Shown: positions 36,076-46,301 of the stretch, piece after piece
How the letters are laid out: each line of letters begins with the position of its first letter
How positions within the stretch are numbered: position 1 is the first letter of the stretch
NCBI GenBank assembly: GCA_003165415.1
Contig: PLUC01000148.1
Coordinates: 63 to 64,062, forward strand
Source of the DNA: Holophagaceae bacterium
GTDB taxonomy: Bacteria; Acidobacteriota; Holophagae; Holophagales; Holophagaceae
Direction of reading: 5' to 3'
DNA: 64,000 nucleotides
Position numbers and translations under genes: made by a program
The notes under the pieces: model-generated
The model's database searches: none
Seen by the model: only the letters and a program-made list of their open reading frames with translations
Told to the model about the DNA's origin: nothing

Positions 36076-39000
36076 ATGGACCGTCCCGCCATGACCCCCG
36101 CTCCCGGCAGCCGGATCGTCCACTATGTGGGCGACCGGATCCGGTTCACCCTGTCCTTAGATCCCCGAGAACGCATGCGTTCTCGGGGGGAGCGGCCGGC
36201 CTGCGCCGCCGAGGGCTGCCGGGCCCTGCTGCGCACCAACCTGACCCGGGCGGCCCGGGCCCGGGAGGAGACCATCGGCCTGTCCGGGGCCATCTCCAGC
36301 GAACTCCGCACCTTCGCCGGGGCCGCCTGGCGCGACATCCCCCTGCGGCCGGCGGCGGACGGCTGGGAACTGGACCTGCCCCTCACCGAAGTGGGCTACT
36401 TCCGCGCCAAGGCCTACTACCTGGACCCCCAGGGGCGGCAGCACTGGCCCGACGGCGGGGACCTGGGCATCTCCGTCCACCCGGACCACCTGCGCACCGG
36501 CAACAGCATCTACTGCGCCTTCCCGCGCATGTTCGGCCCGGCCAAGAGCCAGCTCAGCACCCGCCAGCCGGCCCTGGACGAGCAGCTGGCCAGCCTGGAC
36601 CAGCGCGGCTTCACGGTGATCCCGCCCTCGGGCAAGCTGCGCGAGCTCACGGCCTGCGTGCCGCACATCCTGGGCCGGCTGGGCTGCCGCATCCTGCACC
36701 TGCTGCCCCTGGGCCCCACCCCCACCACCTTCGCCCGCTTCGGCCGGTTCGGCAGCCCCTATGCCCAGCAGGACCTGGCCGGCATCGACCCGGCCCTGGT
36801 GGATTTCGACGAGCGCTCCACCGGGGTGGAGCAGTTCCAGGAGCTGGCCCACGCGGTGCACCTGCGCGGCGGGCTGATCTTCCTGGACATCGTGGTGAAC
36901 CACACCGGCTGGGGCTCGCGACTGATGGAGGAGCGGCCGGAATGGTTCCAGCGCAACCCGGACGGGACTTTCCACAGCCCCGGCGCCTGGGGCGTGGTCT
37001 GGGGGGACCTGGTGGAGCTGGACAACCGCTTCCCCGAGCTCTGGGAGGCCATCGCCGAATCCCTGCTCACCTGGTGCCGGCGCGGGGTGGACGGCTTCCG
37101 CTGCGACGCCGGCTACATGGTGCCTCTGCCCGTCTGGGAGTACATCGTGGCCCGGGTGCGCCAGGAATTCCCCGACTGCACCTTCCTGCTGGAGGGGCTG
37201 GGCGGGCCCTGGGAAGCCACCGAGGCGCTGCTCACCGAGGGCGGCATGCAGTGGGCCTACTCGGAGCTGTTCCAGAACTACGGCCCCCGGGACGTGGCCG
37301 GCTACCTGGACCACGCCATCCGCCAGGGCCGGCGCATGGGCCCCCTGGTGAACTACAGCGAGACCCACGACAACGAGCGGCTGGCCGGCAAATCCCCGGC
37401 CTGGTCCCTGCTGCGCAACCGGCTCTGCGCCCTCGCCAGCCAGTGCGGGACCTTCGGCTTCACCAGCGGGGTGGAGTGGCTGGCCACCGAGCGGATCGAA
37501 GTGCACCAGGCCCGGGGCCTGGCCTGGGGCAGGCCGGAGAACCTGGTGGAGGAGCTGGGCCGGCTCAACCGCCTGCTGTCCAGCCACCCCTGCTTCTTCG
37601 ACGGGGCCGAGCTGGAGCGCCTGAGCGCCGACGACTCCCCGGTGCTGGCGCTGCGGCGGACCTCCTGGGACCGGCGCGACCAGTGCCTGGTGCTGGTGAA
37701 TCTGGGGCCCGAGAGCCGGGAGTGGAGCCTGGACGGCGCCCGGTGGGACCAGCTCGGGAACCCGGCCCTGGACCTCCTGGGTGAGACCCCGCCCAGGATC
37801 CGCAGCCAGGCCGACGGCGCCCGGACCTTCACCCTGCTGCCCCACGCCGCCCACTGCCTGTCGGCCCACGCTGACCCCCAGGGCCTGGAAGGCGGGATGT
37901 ACCGGGCCCGCCGGGCCCAGGCCGCCTGGGCCTACCAGGCCCTGGCCACGGGGGTGCCCCAGGAAGATCTCGGCCCGGCCGACTGGGAGGGACTGGGCGC
38001 CCTGGCCGCGGAAGATCCCGCCGCCTTCCTGGGGGCCCTGGCCGCCCTGGACCCGCGGGCCGCCAGCCTGGACCTGCTGGCCGCGCTCAGGGCCGCCCGG
38101 CCCGGCTATCCCAGGGTGGTGCACTGGGGCCTGCGCGACCTGGACCGTGTGGTGCCCCTGCCCCCCGGGCACTGGCTGCTCATCCGCGACGATGCCCCCT
38201 TCGCCGCCTCCGTGGCCATCCCCGGCCAGCGGCCCCTGCACCTGCGCTCCATCCCGGTGCGGGACGGCTTTGCCGCCGCCCTGCCCCCGGCGGCCCTGGC
38301 GGCCAGGCGCCCGCTGGAGGCGGAGATCGTGCTGGAACGGTTCAAGGATGCCCGCAACCCGTCTCCGGGGCGGATCCGGCTGCTGGCGGAGCGCCCCGAG
38401 TTCACCCGCCACGCCCTGGAGGGCCTCTGCCTGCTCAGCAACGGCCGCGGCGGCATGGCCCGGGTCCATGCCGACCTGGGCGCGGTCAGCTCCAAGTACG
38501 ACTGCCTGCTGGCGGCCAACCTGCACCCCGACGTCCCCTGCGACCGCCACGTCCTGGCCACCCGCCTCCGGGCCTGGGCCAACGCCGACGGCTTCATCAC
38601 CGCCCTGGACCGGGACAACCTCGTGCATTTCGAGCCGGGCCCGCCCGGGCGGTGGATCTTCGTGGTCTCGGCCGGGGACGGCCGCACGGTCCAGGTGGAG
38701 CTGGCCATGGATCTGCTCCAGGGGCGCAACACCGTGGTGGCGCGCTTCCTTCGCCGGGCGGGGCCGCCGCCGTTCGGCGAGGACCTGCCCGAAGACCGGC
38801 TGGTGAGCCTCACCGTGCGCCTGGACCTGGAGGACCGGAGCTTCCACGCCGAGACCCAGGCCAGCCCCGGCGCCGACCACCATTTCTGCGCGCATACCCG
38901 GGACCTGCCCGGCCAGCCGGGCTTCGTCTTCCAGCCCGCCGGGGACCGGCGCCTGGAGGCCAGCGCCGACGCCGGAAGCTGGCACGCGGACCCGGAATGG

Positions 39001-40434
39001 AGCCTGGGCCTGCCGCACCCGGTGGAGGCCTCCCGGGGCATGGCCGGCCAGGGCGACGCCTGGAGTCCCGGCTGGTTCGAGCTGCCCCTGCCCCGGGGCA
39101 GCGCCGTGACCCTGTGCGCCAGCGCCGACCCCGAGCCGCCGGCGGCCGCAGAACTGCATGGCTTCACCCACGCCCGGGGCGAGGCCATGAAGGCCATCGA
39201 AGCCCCCCTGCCCGCCACCGACAGCTTCGGCCGCCAGCTGCTGGCGGCCGCCGCGGCCTTCCTGGCCCGGCGCGGCCAGGGCGCCACCGTCATCGCCGGC
39301 TACCCGTGGTTCCTGGACTGGGGCCGGGACACCTTCATCGCCGCCCGGGGGCTGCTTACCGGCGGCATGGGCGCCCAGGTGAAGGAGATCCTGCGCACCT
39401 TCGCCCGGTTCGAGGACCGCGGCACCCTGCCCAACGCCCTCAACAGCGACTCCACCGCCGACCGGGACACCTCCGACGCCCCGCTCTGGTTCGCCCTGGC
39501 GGTGGAAGAGGCCGCCGCGGCCGATCCGGGCCTGTACCGGGAGGACGCCGGCGGCCGCACCCTGCTGGAAGTGCTGGGCTCCATCGCCTCCGGCTACCTG
39601 GGCGGCACCCCCAACGGCATCCGGGTGGACCCCGATTCCGGCCTGGTGTGGAGCCCCAGCCACTTCACCTGGATGGACACCAACTACCCGGCGTCCACCC
39701 CGAGGGAAGGCTATCCGGTGGAGATCCAGGCCCTCTGGATCCGCCTCCTGCGCCAGCTGGAGCGGCTGGACCCGGCCGGCGGCGCCGGAAGCGCACAGGC
39801 CTGGGGCGCCCTGGCCGACCGCGCCACCGAATCCTTGGACCTGTTCTGGGACGAGCGCCTGGACTGCTTCCAGGACCTCCTGGCGGGGCCCGCCCACTGC
39901 CCGGCCCGCTCAGCCAGACCCGACGGCCTGCTGCGCCCGAACCAGGTGTTCATGGTGAGCCTGGGGCTGGTGCGGGGCGAGCGGGCCCGGCGGGTGGTCA
40001 CCGCCCTGCGCCGGTTCCTGCTGGTGCCCGGCGCCCTGCGCAGCCTGGCTCCGCTGCCGGCCCCGGAGCCGCTGCCCGTCTACGGCCCCGGCGGCCTGCT
40101 CAACGACCCGGTGCACCCGTACTGGGGCCGCTACGAAGGGGACGAGGACACGCGGCGCAAGCCGGCCTACCACAATGGCACCGCCTGGGTGTGGCTGCTG
40201 CCGTCGTTCTGCGAGGCCCTGGCCCGGGCCTGGGCGTTCCAGCCCGAGGCCGTGGCCGCGGCCCGGGCCTACCTGGGCTCCGTGGATGGCCTGCTGGCCG
40301 CCGGCTGCGTCGGCCAGCTGCCCGAGATCCTGGACGGCGACGCGCCGCACACCCAGCGCGGCTGCGACGCCCAGGCCTGGAGCGCCACCGAGGCGCTGCG
40401 GGTGTGGCTGCTGCTGAACCAGCCGGAGACTTAG
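36076..40434 (+). CDS. glycogen debranching enzyme: GH13 alpha-amylase domain plus amylo-alpha-1,6-glucosidase
   Basis: DIVVNH, DGFRCDAG, ETHDN (GH13); AGYPWFLDWGRDTF, FTWMDT, YHNGTAW, QAWS (GH133-type). Confidence 0.9.
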   Translation: MDRPAMTPAPGSRIVHYVGDRIRFTLSLDPRERMRSRGERPACAAEGCRALLRTNLTRAARAREETIGLSGAISSELRTFAGAAWRDIPLRPAADGWELDLPLTEVGYFRAKAYYLDPQGRQHWPDGGDLGISVHPDHLRTGNSIYCAFPRMFGPAKSQLSTRQPALDEQLASLDQRGFTVIPPSGKLRELTACVPHILGRLGCRILHLLPLGPTPTTFARFGRFGSPYAQQDLAGIDPALVDFDERSTGVEQFQELAHAVHLRGGLIFLDIVVNHTGWGSRLMEERPEWFQRNPDGTFHSPGAWGVVWGDLVELDNRFPELWEAIAESLLTWCRRGVDGFRCDAGYMVPLPVWEYIVARVRQEFPDCTFLLEGLGGPWEATEALLTEGGMQWAYSELFQNYGPRDVAGYLDHAIRQGRRMGPLVNYSETHDNERLAGKSPAWSLLRNRLCALASQCGTFGFTSGVEWLATERIEVHQARGLAWGRPENLVEELGRLNRLLSSHPCFFDGAELERLSADDSPVLALRRTSWDRRDQCLVLVNLGPESREWSLDGARWDQLGNPALDLLGETPPRIRSQADGARTFTLLPHAAHCLSAHADPQGLEGGMYRARRAQAAWAYQALATGVPQEDLGPADWEGLGALAAEDPAAFLGALAALDPRAASLDLLAALRAARPGYPRVVHWGLRDLDRVVPLPPGHWLLIRDDAPFAASVAIPGQRPLHLRSIPVRDGFAAALPPAALAARRPLEAEIVLERFKDARNPSPGRIRLLAERPEFTRHALEGLCLLSNGRGGMARVHADLGAVSSKYDCLLAANLHPDVPCDRHVLATRLRAWANADGFITALDRDNLVHFEPGPPGRWIFVVSAGDGRTVQVELAMDLLQGRNTVVARFLRRAGPPPFGEDLPEDRLVSLTVRLDLEDRSFHAETQASPGADHHFCAHTRDLPGQPGFVFQPAGDRRLEASADAGSWHADPEWSLGLPHPVEASRGMAGQGDAWSPGWFELPLPRGSAVTLCASADPEPPAAAELHGFTHARGEAMKAIEAPLPATDSFGRQLLAAAAAFLARRGQGATVIAGYPWFLDWGRDTFIAARGLLTGGMGAQVKEILRTFARFEDRGTLPNALNSDSTADRDTSDAPLWFALAVEEAAAADPGLYREDAGGRTLLEVLGSIASGYLGGTPNGIRVDPDSGLVWSPSHFTWMDTNYPASTPREGYPVEIQALWIRLLRQLERLDPAGGAGSAQAWGALADRATESLDLFWDERLDCFQDLLAGPAHCPARSARPDGLLRPNQVFMVSLGLVRGERARRVVTALRRFLLVPGALRSLAPLPAPEPLPVYGPGGLLNDPVHPYWGRYEGDEDTRRKPAYHNGTAWVWLLPSFCEALARAWAFQPEAVAAARAYLGSVDGLLAAGCVGQLPEILDGDAPHTQRGCDAQAWSATEALRVWLLLNQPET

Positions 40435-40435
40435 G

Positions 40436-41053
40436 ATGTTCGGTATCCAGCACTACGCCAGCTTCGTCACCGCGATCCTGATCTTCCAGCTGGTGCCCGG
40501 TCCCGGCACCCTGGCCATCCTCAGCGCCACCGCCCGGGATGGGGTCCGGGCCGGCCTGGGCGCGGTGCTCGGCACGCTGCTGGGCGACTTCCTGTACATG
40601 CTGGCCGCGGTCATGGGTCTCGCCGCGCTGGTGGCGGCCTACCCCATCGCGTTCTCGGCCCTGCGCTGGTTTGGCATCGCCTACCTGGTCTGGGTCGGCA
40701 TCACCCTCCTCCGCGCTGGCGGCGGCAAGGAGCAGGCCGCGTCCGCGCCCATGGGCGGCCGGGCACACTTCCGCCGCGCCTTCGCGGTCTCCCTCACCAA
40801 CCCGAAGGTGATCCTGTTCTTCATGGCCTTCTTCCCCCTGTTCCTGAAAGCCGACCCCCAGCCGGTCATCCTTGGGCTGATGATGGCCCACGTCACGCTG
40901 CTCAGCTGCCTGTACCAGACCGGGCTGGTCCTGGTCGGCAATTCCGCGGCCAGGCGCCTTGGCAGAAGCCCGATGGCGCGGGCCCTGGGCACTCGCCTGG
41001 CGGGACTGGCGCTCATCGGGTTCGGGATCCGGCTGGCCCTGGACAACCGGTAG
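40436..41053 (+). CDS. LysE family translocator
   Basis: PGPG, G..YL.W.G, LTNPKVILFF.AFFP.F. Confidence 0.9.
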   Translation: MFGIQHYASFVTAILIFQLVPGPGTLAILSATARDGVRAGLGAVLGTLLGDFLYMLAAVMGLAALVAAYPIAFSALRWFGIAYLVWVGITLLRAGGGKEQAASAPMGGRAHFRRAFAVSLTNPKVILFFMAFFPLFLKADPQPVILGLMMAHVTLLSCLYQTGLVLVGNSAARRLGRSPMARALGTRLAGLALIGFGIRLALDNR

Positions 41054-41058
41054 GCCGG

Positions 41059-41775
41059 CTACTGGCGGAACTGGTACTCCGACACGACCCGCGCCGTCTG
41101 GAACCCGATCTTCCGGTACAGCGCCCGCCCCATGGCCGACGAGGAGAGCACCGCGTGGTGGCGCCCCATCTCCTGGCCCAGGTTCAGGCAGGCGTCCGTG
41201 ACCGCCCGGCCCAGCCCCATCCGGCGGTAGACCGGCCGGGTGCCCACCGCGTAGACGCCCAGGGTCTCCTCGGCGCAGTAAGCCAGGGCCGTGGCGGCCG
41301 GCAGGCCCTCGTGGTAGGCCAGGAACGGCACCGCCCCGCCCTGGACCAGGGGCAGGAAGAATGCCCTCACGGCCCCCCCGCACAGCCCCAGCGCCTCGCC
41401 GGCGGTTGCGGCCCAGAAGGGGAAATCCTCGTTCGAATCGGCCCGGGCGACCCGGATGCCCCGGCGGTAGCCGGGGCAGGTGTACCGGTCCAGGTTCAGC
41501 ACCAGGTCGGGCACCGCTTCCGGGACCTTGAACCCGGCGGCCTGCAGCGGGGCGCCGTCCTGCCCCTCCTCCAGCGCCCAGGTGAAGGCGTGGTCCCCGA
41601 AAAAGGCCTTGCTCCTGGCGATGGCCTCGGACCCCGCCCGCGCCCAGATGCAATTGCCGATGGGGTCCCGGACGGGGCTTTTCACGGCGGTGAAGCTGTC
41701 TTCTTCAACGATCTCCCACCCCGGCCCCGCGGCCCGGACGCATTCGATGAAGTTCTGCACATGTTGGTTTTCCAT
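41059..41775 (-). CDS. GNAT family N-acetyltransferase
   Basis: VGTRPVYRRMGLG acetyl-CoA motif, LYRKIGF. Confidence 0.85.
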   Translation of the reverse strand: MENQHVQNFIECVRAAGPGWEIVEEDSFTAVKSPVRDPIGNCIWARAGSEAIARSKAFFGDHAFTWALEEGQDGAPLQAAGFKVPEAVPDLVLNLDRYTCPGYRRGIRVARADSNEDFPFWAATAGEALGLCGGAVRAFFLPLVQGGAVPFLAYHEGLPAATALAYCAEETLGVYAVGTRPVYRRMGLGRAVTDACLNLGQEMGRHHAVLSSSAMGRALYRKIGFQTARVVSEYQFRQ

Positions 41776-41928
41776 TCTGACTCCAGGCCCGACCCGATCG
41801 GTCCTCGATCTTGAGTGCGGTTCCGGGAACCTTAGGTTCCAACGTTTCATTAATAATTGTTTTCAAGGGGGTCCACGTTGGTCACGGGAAAATCACCGGT
41901 TTGGTAGTACAAAGGAAGTATTCCCTGG

Positions 41929-44130
41929 ATGCCCATGATTGATGCCGCCCTCTTCCCGTTTGATGTCCATTCCTTCCTGAAGGGCGACTGCGGCGACCCC
42001 GGCGCCTGTTTCGGCATGCGCCTGCTTCCCGGCAAGGGCCTGGCAGTGCGGGCCTTCCTGCCCCAGGCGACCCGGGTGGAGCTGCTGGACAGCGGCACCG
42101 GCGCGGTCCAGGCCACCCTGAAGATGACCCATCCGGAAGGGGTGTTCGAGGCGCTGCTGCCGGACCGGGAGCAGGCCTTCAATTACCGCTTCCGGGTGTA
42201 CGGCTGGGGCGGCCCGCAGGAGGTGGAGGATCCCTACCGGTTCGGCTCCGTGCTGGGCGAGCTGGACGTCTACCTCATGGCCGAAGGCACCCACCTGCGC
42301 CTCTACGAGAAGCTGGGCGCCCACCCCGTCGCGCGGGAAGGGGTGGCCGGGGTGGAGTTCGCGGTGTGGGCGCCCAACGCGAGGCGGGTGAGCGTGGTGG
42401 GCCAGTTCAACAACTGGGACGGCCGGCGCCACATCATGCGCCGGTTCTCCTCCTCGGGCGTGTGGGAACTGTTCGTGCCCGGCCTGGCCCCCGGGGACCT
42501 CTACAAGTTCGAACTCAAGAGCGGCGACGGGCGCCTGCTGCCGCTCAAGGCCGACCCCTTCGCGTTCCGCTGCGAGTACGCCCCCGGCACCGCCTCGGTG
42601 GTGACCCAGGAACCCGCCCATGCCTGGGAGGACGCCGCCTGGATGGCCGAGCGCTGGCACAACAACCGCTACGACGCCCCCATCAGCCTCTACGAAGTGC
42701 ACCTGGGCTCCTGGCGCCGGCGTGACGACGGGGGATTTCTCAGCTACCTGGAACTGGCCGACCAGCTCATCCCCTACGCCCAGTCCATGGGCTTCACCCA
42801 CCTGCAGCTGCTGCCGGTGAGCGAGCACCCCTTCTACGCCTCCTGGGGCTACCAGCCCCTGGGCATGTTCGCCCCCACCAACCGCTACGGCTCCCCCGAT
42901 GACTTCATGGCGTTCGTGGACCGCTGCCACCAGGCCGGCCTGGGCGTGCTGCTGGACTGGGTGCCGGCGCACTTCCCGGCGGACGCCCAAGGCCTGGGCG
43001 AATTCGACGGCACCCACCTCTACGAGCACGCCGACCCGCGCAAGGGCCGGCACATGGACTGGGGCACCCTGATCTACAACTACGGCCGCACCGAGGTGCA
43101 GAACTTCCTCATCGCCAACGCCCTGTACTGGCTGGACAGGTTCCACATCGATGGGCTGCGGGTGGACGCGGTGGCCTCCATGCTCTACCTGGACTACAGC
43201 CGCAAGGCGGGGCAGTGGCTGCCCAACCGCTACGGCGGCCGGGAGAACCTGGAGGCGGTGGCCTTCCTGCGCCGGCTCAACGAGGTGCTCTACGCCCACT
43301 TCCCGGACATCCTCACCGTGGCCGAGGAATCCACCGCCTGGCCCATGGTCTCGCGCCCCACCAGCGTCGGCGGCCTGGGCTTCGGCTTCAAGTGGAACAT
43401 GGGCTGGATGCACGACACCCTGGTCTACATGGGCCGGAACATGCTCTACCGCAAGTACCACCAGGGCGAGATCACCTTCAGCATGCTCTACAACGACGCC
43501 GAGAACTTCGTGCTGCCCCTGTCCCACGACGAGGTGGTGCACGGCAAGAACTCGCTGCTCTGGCGCATGCCCGGCACCCGCTGGGAGCAGTTCGCCAACC
43601 TGCGCCTGTTGTTCGCCTACATGTTCGTGCACCCAGGCAAGAAGCTGCTGTTCATGGGCGGCGAGTTCGGCCAGGACCACGAGTGGGACCACAACAAGGC
43701 CCTGGACTGGCAGCTGCTGCAGTTCGAGGAGCACAAGGGCCTGCGCACCCTGGTGGGCGACCTGAACGCGCTCTACCGCTCCCTGCCCGCCCTGTACCAG
43801 CTGGACTGCGATGCCGGCGGCTTCCAGTGGATCGACTGCACGGACCGCAAGAACTGCATCCTGGCCTTGCTCCGGCGCGGCACCGACGGCTCGTTCCTGG
43901 TGGCGGTGCTGAACTTCACCGCCAAGCCCCAGTCCGGCTACCGGGTCGGGGTACCGGTGGCGGGGAGCTACGATGAAGTGTTCAATTCGGATTCCAGCCG
44001 CTACGGCGGCCAGAACTTCGGCAACAACGGCGCGGTGCCCACGGCGCCGGTGCCCATGCATGGCCAGGCCCAGTCGGTGTCCCTCACCCTGCCCCCCCTG
44101 GGAGCGGTGTTTCTCAGGCTTCCGGGTTAG
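41929..44130 (+). CDS. glgB: 1,4-alpha-glucan branching enzyme
   Basis: FAVWAPNA, YEVHLGSW, DWVPAHF, DGLRVDAVASMLY, AEES, LSHDEVVHGK. Confidence 0.97.
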   Translation: MPMIDAALFPFDVHSFLKGDCGDPGACFGMRLLPGKGLAVRAFLPQATRVELLDSGTGAVQATLKMTHPEGVFEALLPDREQAFNYRFRVYGWGGPQEVEDPYRFGSVLGELDVYLMAEGTHLRLYEKLGAHPVAREGVAGVEFAVWAPNARRVSVVGQFNNWDGRRHIMRRFSSSGVWELFVPGLAPGDLYKFELKSGDGRLLPLKADPFAFRCEYAPGTASVVTQEPAHAWEDAAWMAERWHNNRYDAPISLYEVHLGSWRRRDDGGFLSYLELADQLIPYAQSMGFTHLQLLPVSEHPFYASWGYQPLGMFAPTNRYGSPDDFMAFVDRCHQAGLGVLLDWVPAHFPADAQGLGEFDGTHLYEHADPRKGRHMDWGTLIYNYGRTEVQNFLIANALYWLDRFHIDGLRVDAVASMLYLDYSRKAGQWLPNRYGGRENLEAVAFLRRLNEVLYAHFPDILTVAEESTAWPMVSRPTSVGGLGFGFKWNMGWMHDTLVYMGRNMLYRKYHQGEITFSMLYNDAENFVLPLSHDEVVHGKNSLLWRMPGTRWEQFANLRLLFAYMFVHPGKKLLFMGGEFGQDHEWDHNKALDWQLLQFEEHKGLRTLVGDLNALYRSLPALYQLDCDAGGFQWIDCTDRKNCILALLRRGTDGSFLVAVLNFTAKPQSGYRVGVPVAGSYDEVFNSDSSRYGGQNFGNNGAVPTAPVPMHGQAQSVSLTLPPLGAVFLRLPG

Positions 44131-44177
44131 GATCATACCTGAGCTACCTAACCACCCACCCGGCGAGGACCGACCCG

Positions 44178-46301
44178 ATGGATACCCTGCAAGCCAAGCT
44201 GAAGAAACTGACCCGCAACCTGTGGTGGACCTGGCGGCCCGAAGTGCGGGCCATCTTCCGAGACCTGGACATGGAGATCTACCGCAAGGCCCATCGCAAC
44301 CCGGTGCGGGTCATCAAGGAGATCAGCCCCGCCTACCTGGACAAGCGCGCCGAGGAAGTGGACGTGCTCACCCGCACCGACCGCGCCCTGCGCCAGCTCA
44401 ACGAGTACCTGAACCCCCTCACCACCTGGGGCATGGTCCACGCCGGCACCCTGCTGTCCCGGCCGGTGGCCTACTTCTGCGCCGAGTTCGGCATCCACGA
44501 GTCGATCCCCATCTACTCCGGCGGCCTGGGCATCCTGGCCGGTGACCACCTGAAGGGCGCCTCCAACCTGGGCGTGCCCCTGGTGGGCGTGGGCCTGCTC
44601 TACCACCGGGGCTACACCACCCAGGTGCTGGACGCCAGCTTCTGGCAGCACGACGTGAGCGAGCCGTTCGATTCCTCCGACCTGCCGCTGGATCCGGCCC
44701 TGGGCCCGGACGGCGTCCAGGTGCGGGTGGGCGTGGAGATGCCCGGGCGCACCGTGTGGGCCAAGGTGGTGGAGGCCCACGTGGGGCGGATCCGGCTGAT
44801 CCTGCTGGACACCCGGGACGAGGCCAACAGCGACGACGACAAGGCCCTGGCGGCATCGCTCTACGGCGGCGACCAGCGCATGCGCATCCAGCAGGAGCTG
44901 CTGCTGGGCGTGGGCGGTTCCAGAGCCTTGCGGGCATTGGGCATCACCCCCAGCGTCTACCACCTGAACGAGGGCCACTCGGCCTTCGCCATCCTGGAAT
45001 GGGCCCGGCACCGGGTGGAGCAGGACAGCCTGGACCCCTGGGCGGCCCTCCGGGAGGCCGCCGCCGGCACCGTATTCACCACCCACACCCCGGTGGAGGC
45101 CGGCCACGACCGCTTCCCCGCCGACCTGGCCGAGGAGCACCTGAAGGCCCTGGCGGACGGGCTCAGGCTGCCCATCCAGGACGTGCTCGGGCTGGGCCGG
45201 ATCGACCCCACCGACCACGGCGCCCCGTTCCTGCCCACCGTGCTGGCCCTGAAGCACTGCCGGCGCGCCAACGGGGTGTCCGCCCTGCACGGCACCGTGT
45301 CCCGCTCCATGTGGCAGTGCCTGTGGCCGGACCGCTCCGTGCACGACGTGCCCATCGGCCACGTCACCAACGGCGTGCACGTGCCGTCCTGGCTGTCCTC
45401 GGAGCTCAACGTCCTGCTCCAGACCCACCTGGGGGTCAACTGGCACGAGGGCATCGTGCGGCCCGACCTGTGGATCAAGATCGCCGCCATCGACCCCGCC
45501 GAGATCTGGGAGATCAAGAAGGTGCTCAAGGTGCGCATGATCCGCCTGGTGCGGGAGCGGGTCGCCGCCATGTGCGCCCGGGTGGGCCTGCCGGTGCAGG
45601 ACCCGCCGCCCCTGGACCCGGACGCCCTCACCATCGGCTTCGCCCGGCGCTTCGTGCCCTACAAGCGGCCCGACCTGCTGTTCTCCGACCTGGACCGGCT
45701 GGACCGGCTGGTGAACAACCCGGACCGCCCCGTGAACCTGATCTTCGCCGGCCGCTCCCACCCGGCCGACGGCCCCGGCAAGCTGCTGATCCAGCGGGTG
45801 GGCCAGCTCACCCAGGACCCGCGCTTCCGCAACCGCATCGTGTTCGTGGAGAACTACAACATCCACGTGGGGCGCAACCTCTACCAGGGGGTGGACGCCT
45901 GGCTCAACAACCCCAGGCGGCCCCTGGAAGCCTGCGGCACCAGCGGCATGAAGGTGGTCATGAACGGCGGCCTGCACATCTCCGCCCTGGACGGCTGGTG
46001 GGCCGAGGCCTACGACGGCGAGAACGGCTTCGCCATCGGCAACGGCGAGATCCACGTCTCCGACGAGGTGCAGGACAAGCGCGACGCCGACGCCCTGTTC
46101 CGGCTGCTGGAGGAGAAGGTCATCCCGCTCTACTACGACCAGGACTCCAACGGGGTGCCCCGGCACTGGGTGCACGCCATCAAGCGCTCCATGCGCACCC
46201 TGGCCTGGCGCTTCAACGCCGACCGCATGGTCATGGACTACGTCCGCCACTGCTACCTGCCGGCGGCCGTGGCCTCCTCCTGCCAGATGCCGACTCCTTA
46301 A
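44178..46301 (+). CDS. glgP: alpha-glucan phosphorylase
   Basis: YSGGLGILAGD, HLNEGH, FTTHTPV.AG.D, FARRF.PYKR, EACGTSGMK. Confidence 0.95.
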   Translation: MDTLQAKLKKLTRNLWWTWRPEVRAIFRDLDMEIYRKAHRNPVRVIKEISPAYLDKRAEEVDVLTRTDRALRQLNEYLNPLTTWGMVHAGTLLSRPVAYFCAEFGIHESIPIYSGGLGILAGDHLKGASNLGVPLVGVGLLYHRGYTTQVLDASFWQHDVSEPFDSSDLPLDPALGPDGVQVRVGVEMPGRTVWAKVVEAHVGRIRLILLDTRDEANSDDDKALAASLYGGDQRMRIQQELLLGVGGSRALRALGITPSVYHLNEGHSAFAILEWARHRVEQDSLDPWAALREAAAGTVFTTHTPVEAGHDRFPADLAEEHLKALADGLRLPIQDVLGLGRIDPTDHGAPFLPTVLALKHCRRANGVSALHGTVSRSMWQCLWPDRSVHDVPIGHVTNGVHVPSWLSSELNVLLQTHLGVNWHEGIVRPDLWIKIAAIDPAEIWEIKKVLKVRMIRLVRERVAAMCARVGLPVQDPPPLDPDALTIGFARRFVPYKRPDLLFSDLDRLDRLVNNPDRPVNLIFAGRSHPADGPGKLLIQRVGQLTQDPRFRNRIVFVENYNIHVGRNLYQGVDAWLNNPRRPLEACGTSGMKVVMNGGLHISALDGWWAEAYDGENGFAIGNGEIHVSDEVQDKRDADALFRLLEEKVIPLYYDQDSNGVPRHWVHAIKRSMRTLAWRFNADRMVMDYVRHCYLPAAVASSCQMPTP

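Noticed and set aside
36157-39897. 1246-aa minus-strand ORF, and similar long shadows at 41893-44136, 44148-46754, 44756-47410 and 56193-58436
   Set aside because: They overlap well-supported genes in antisense or alternative frames and have low-complexity G/A/P/R composition
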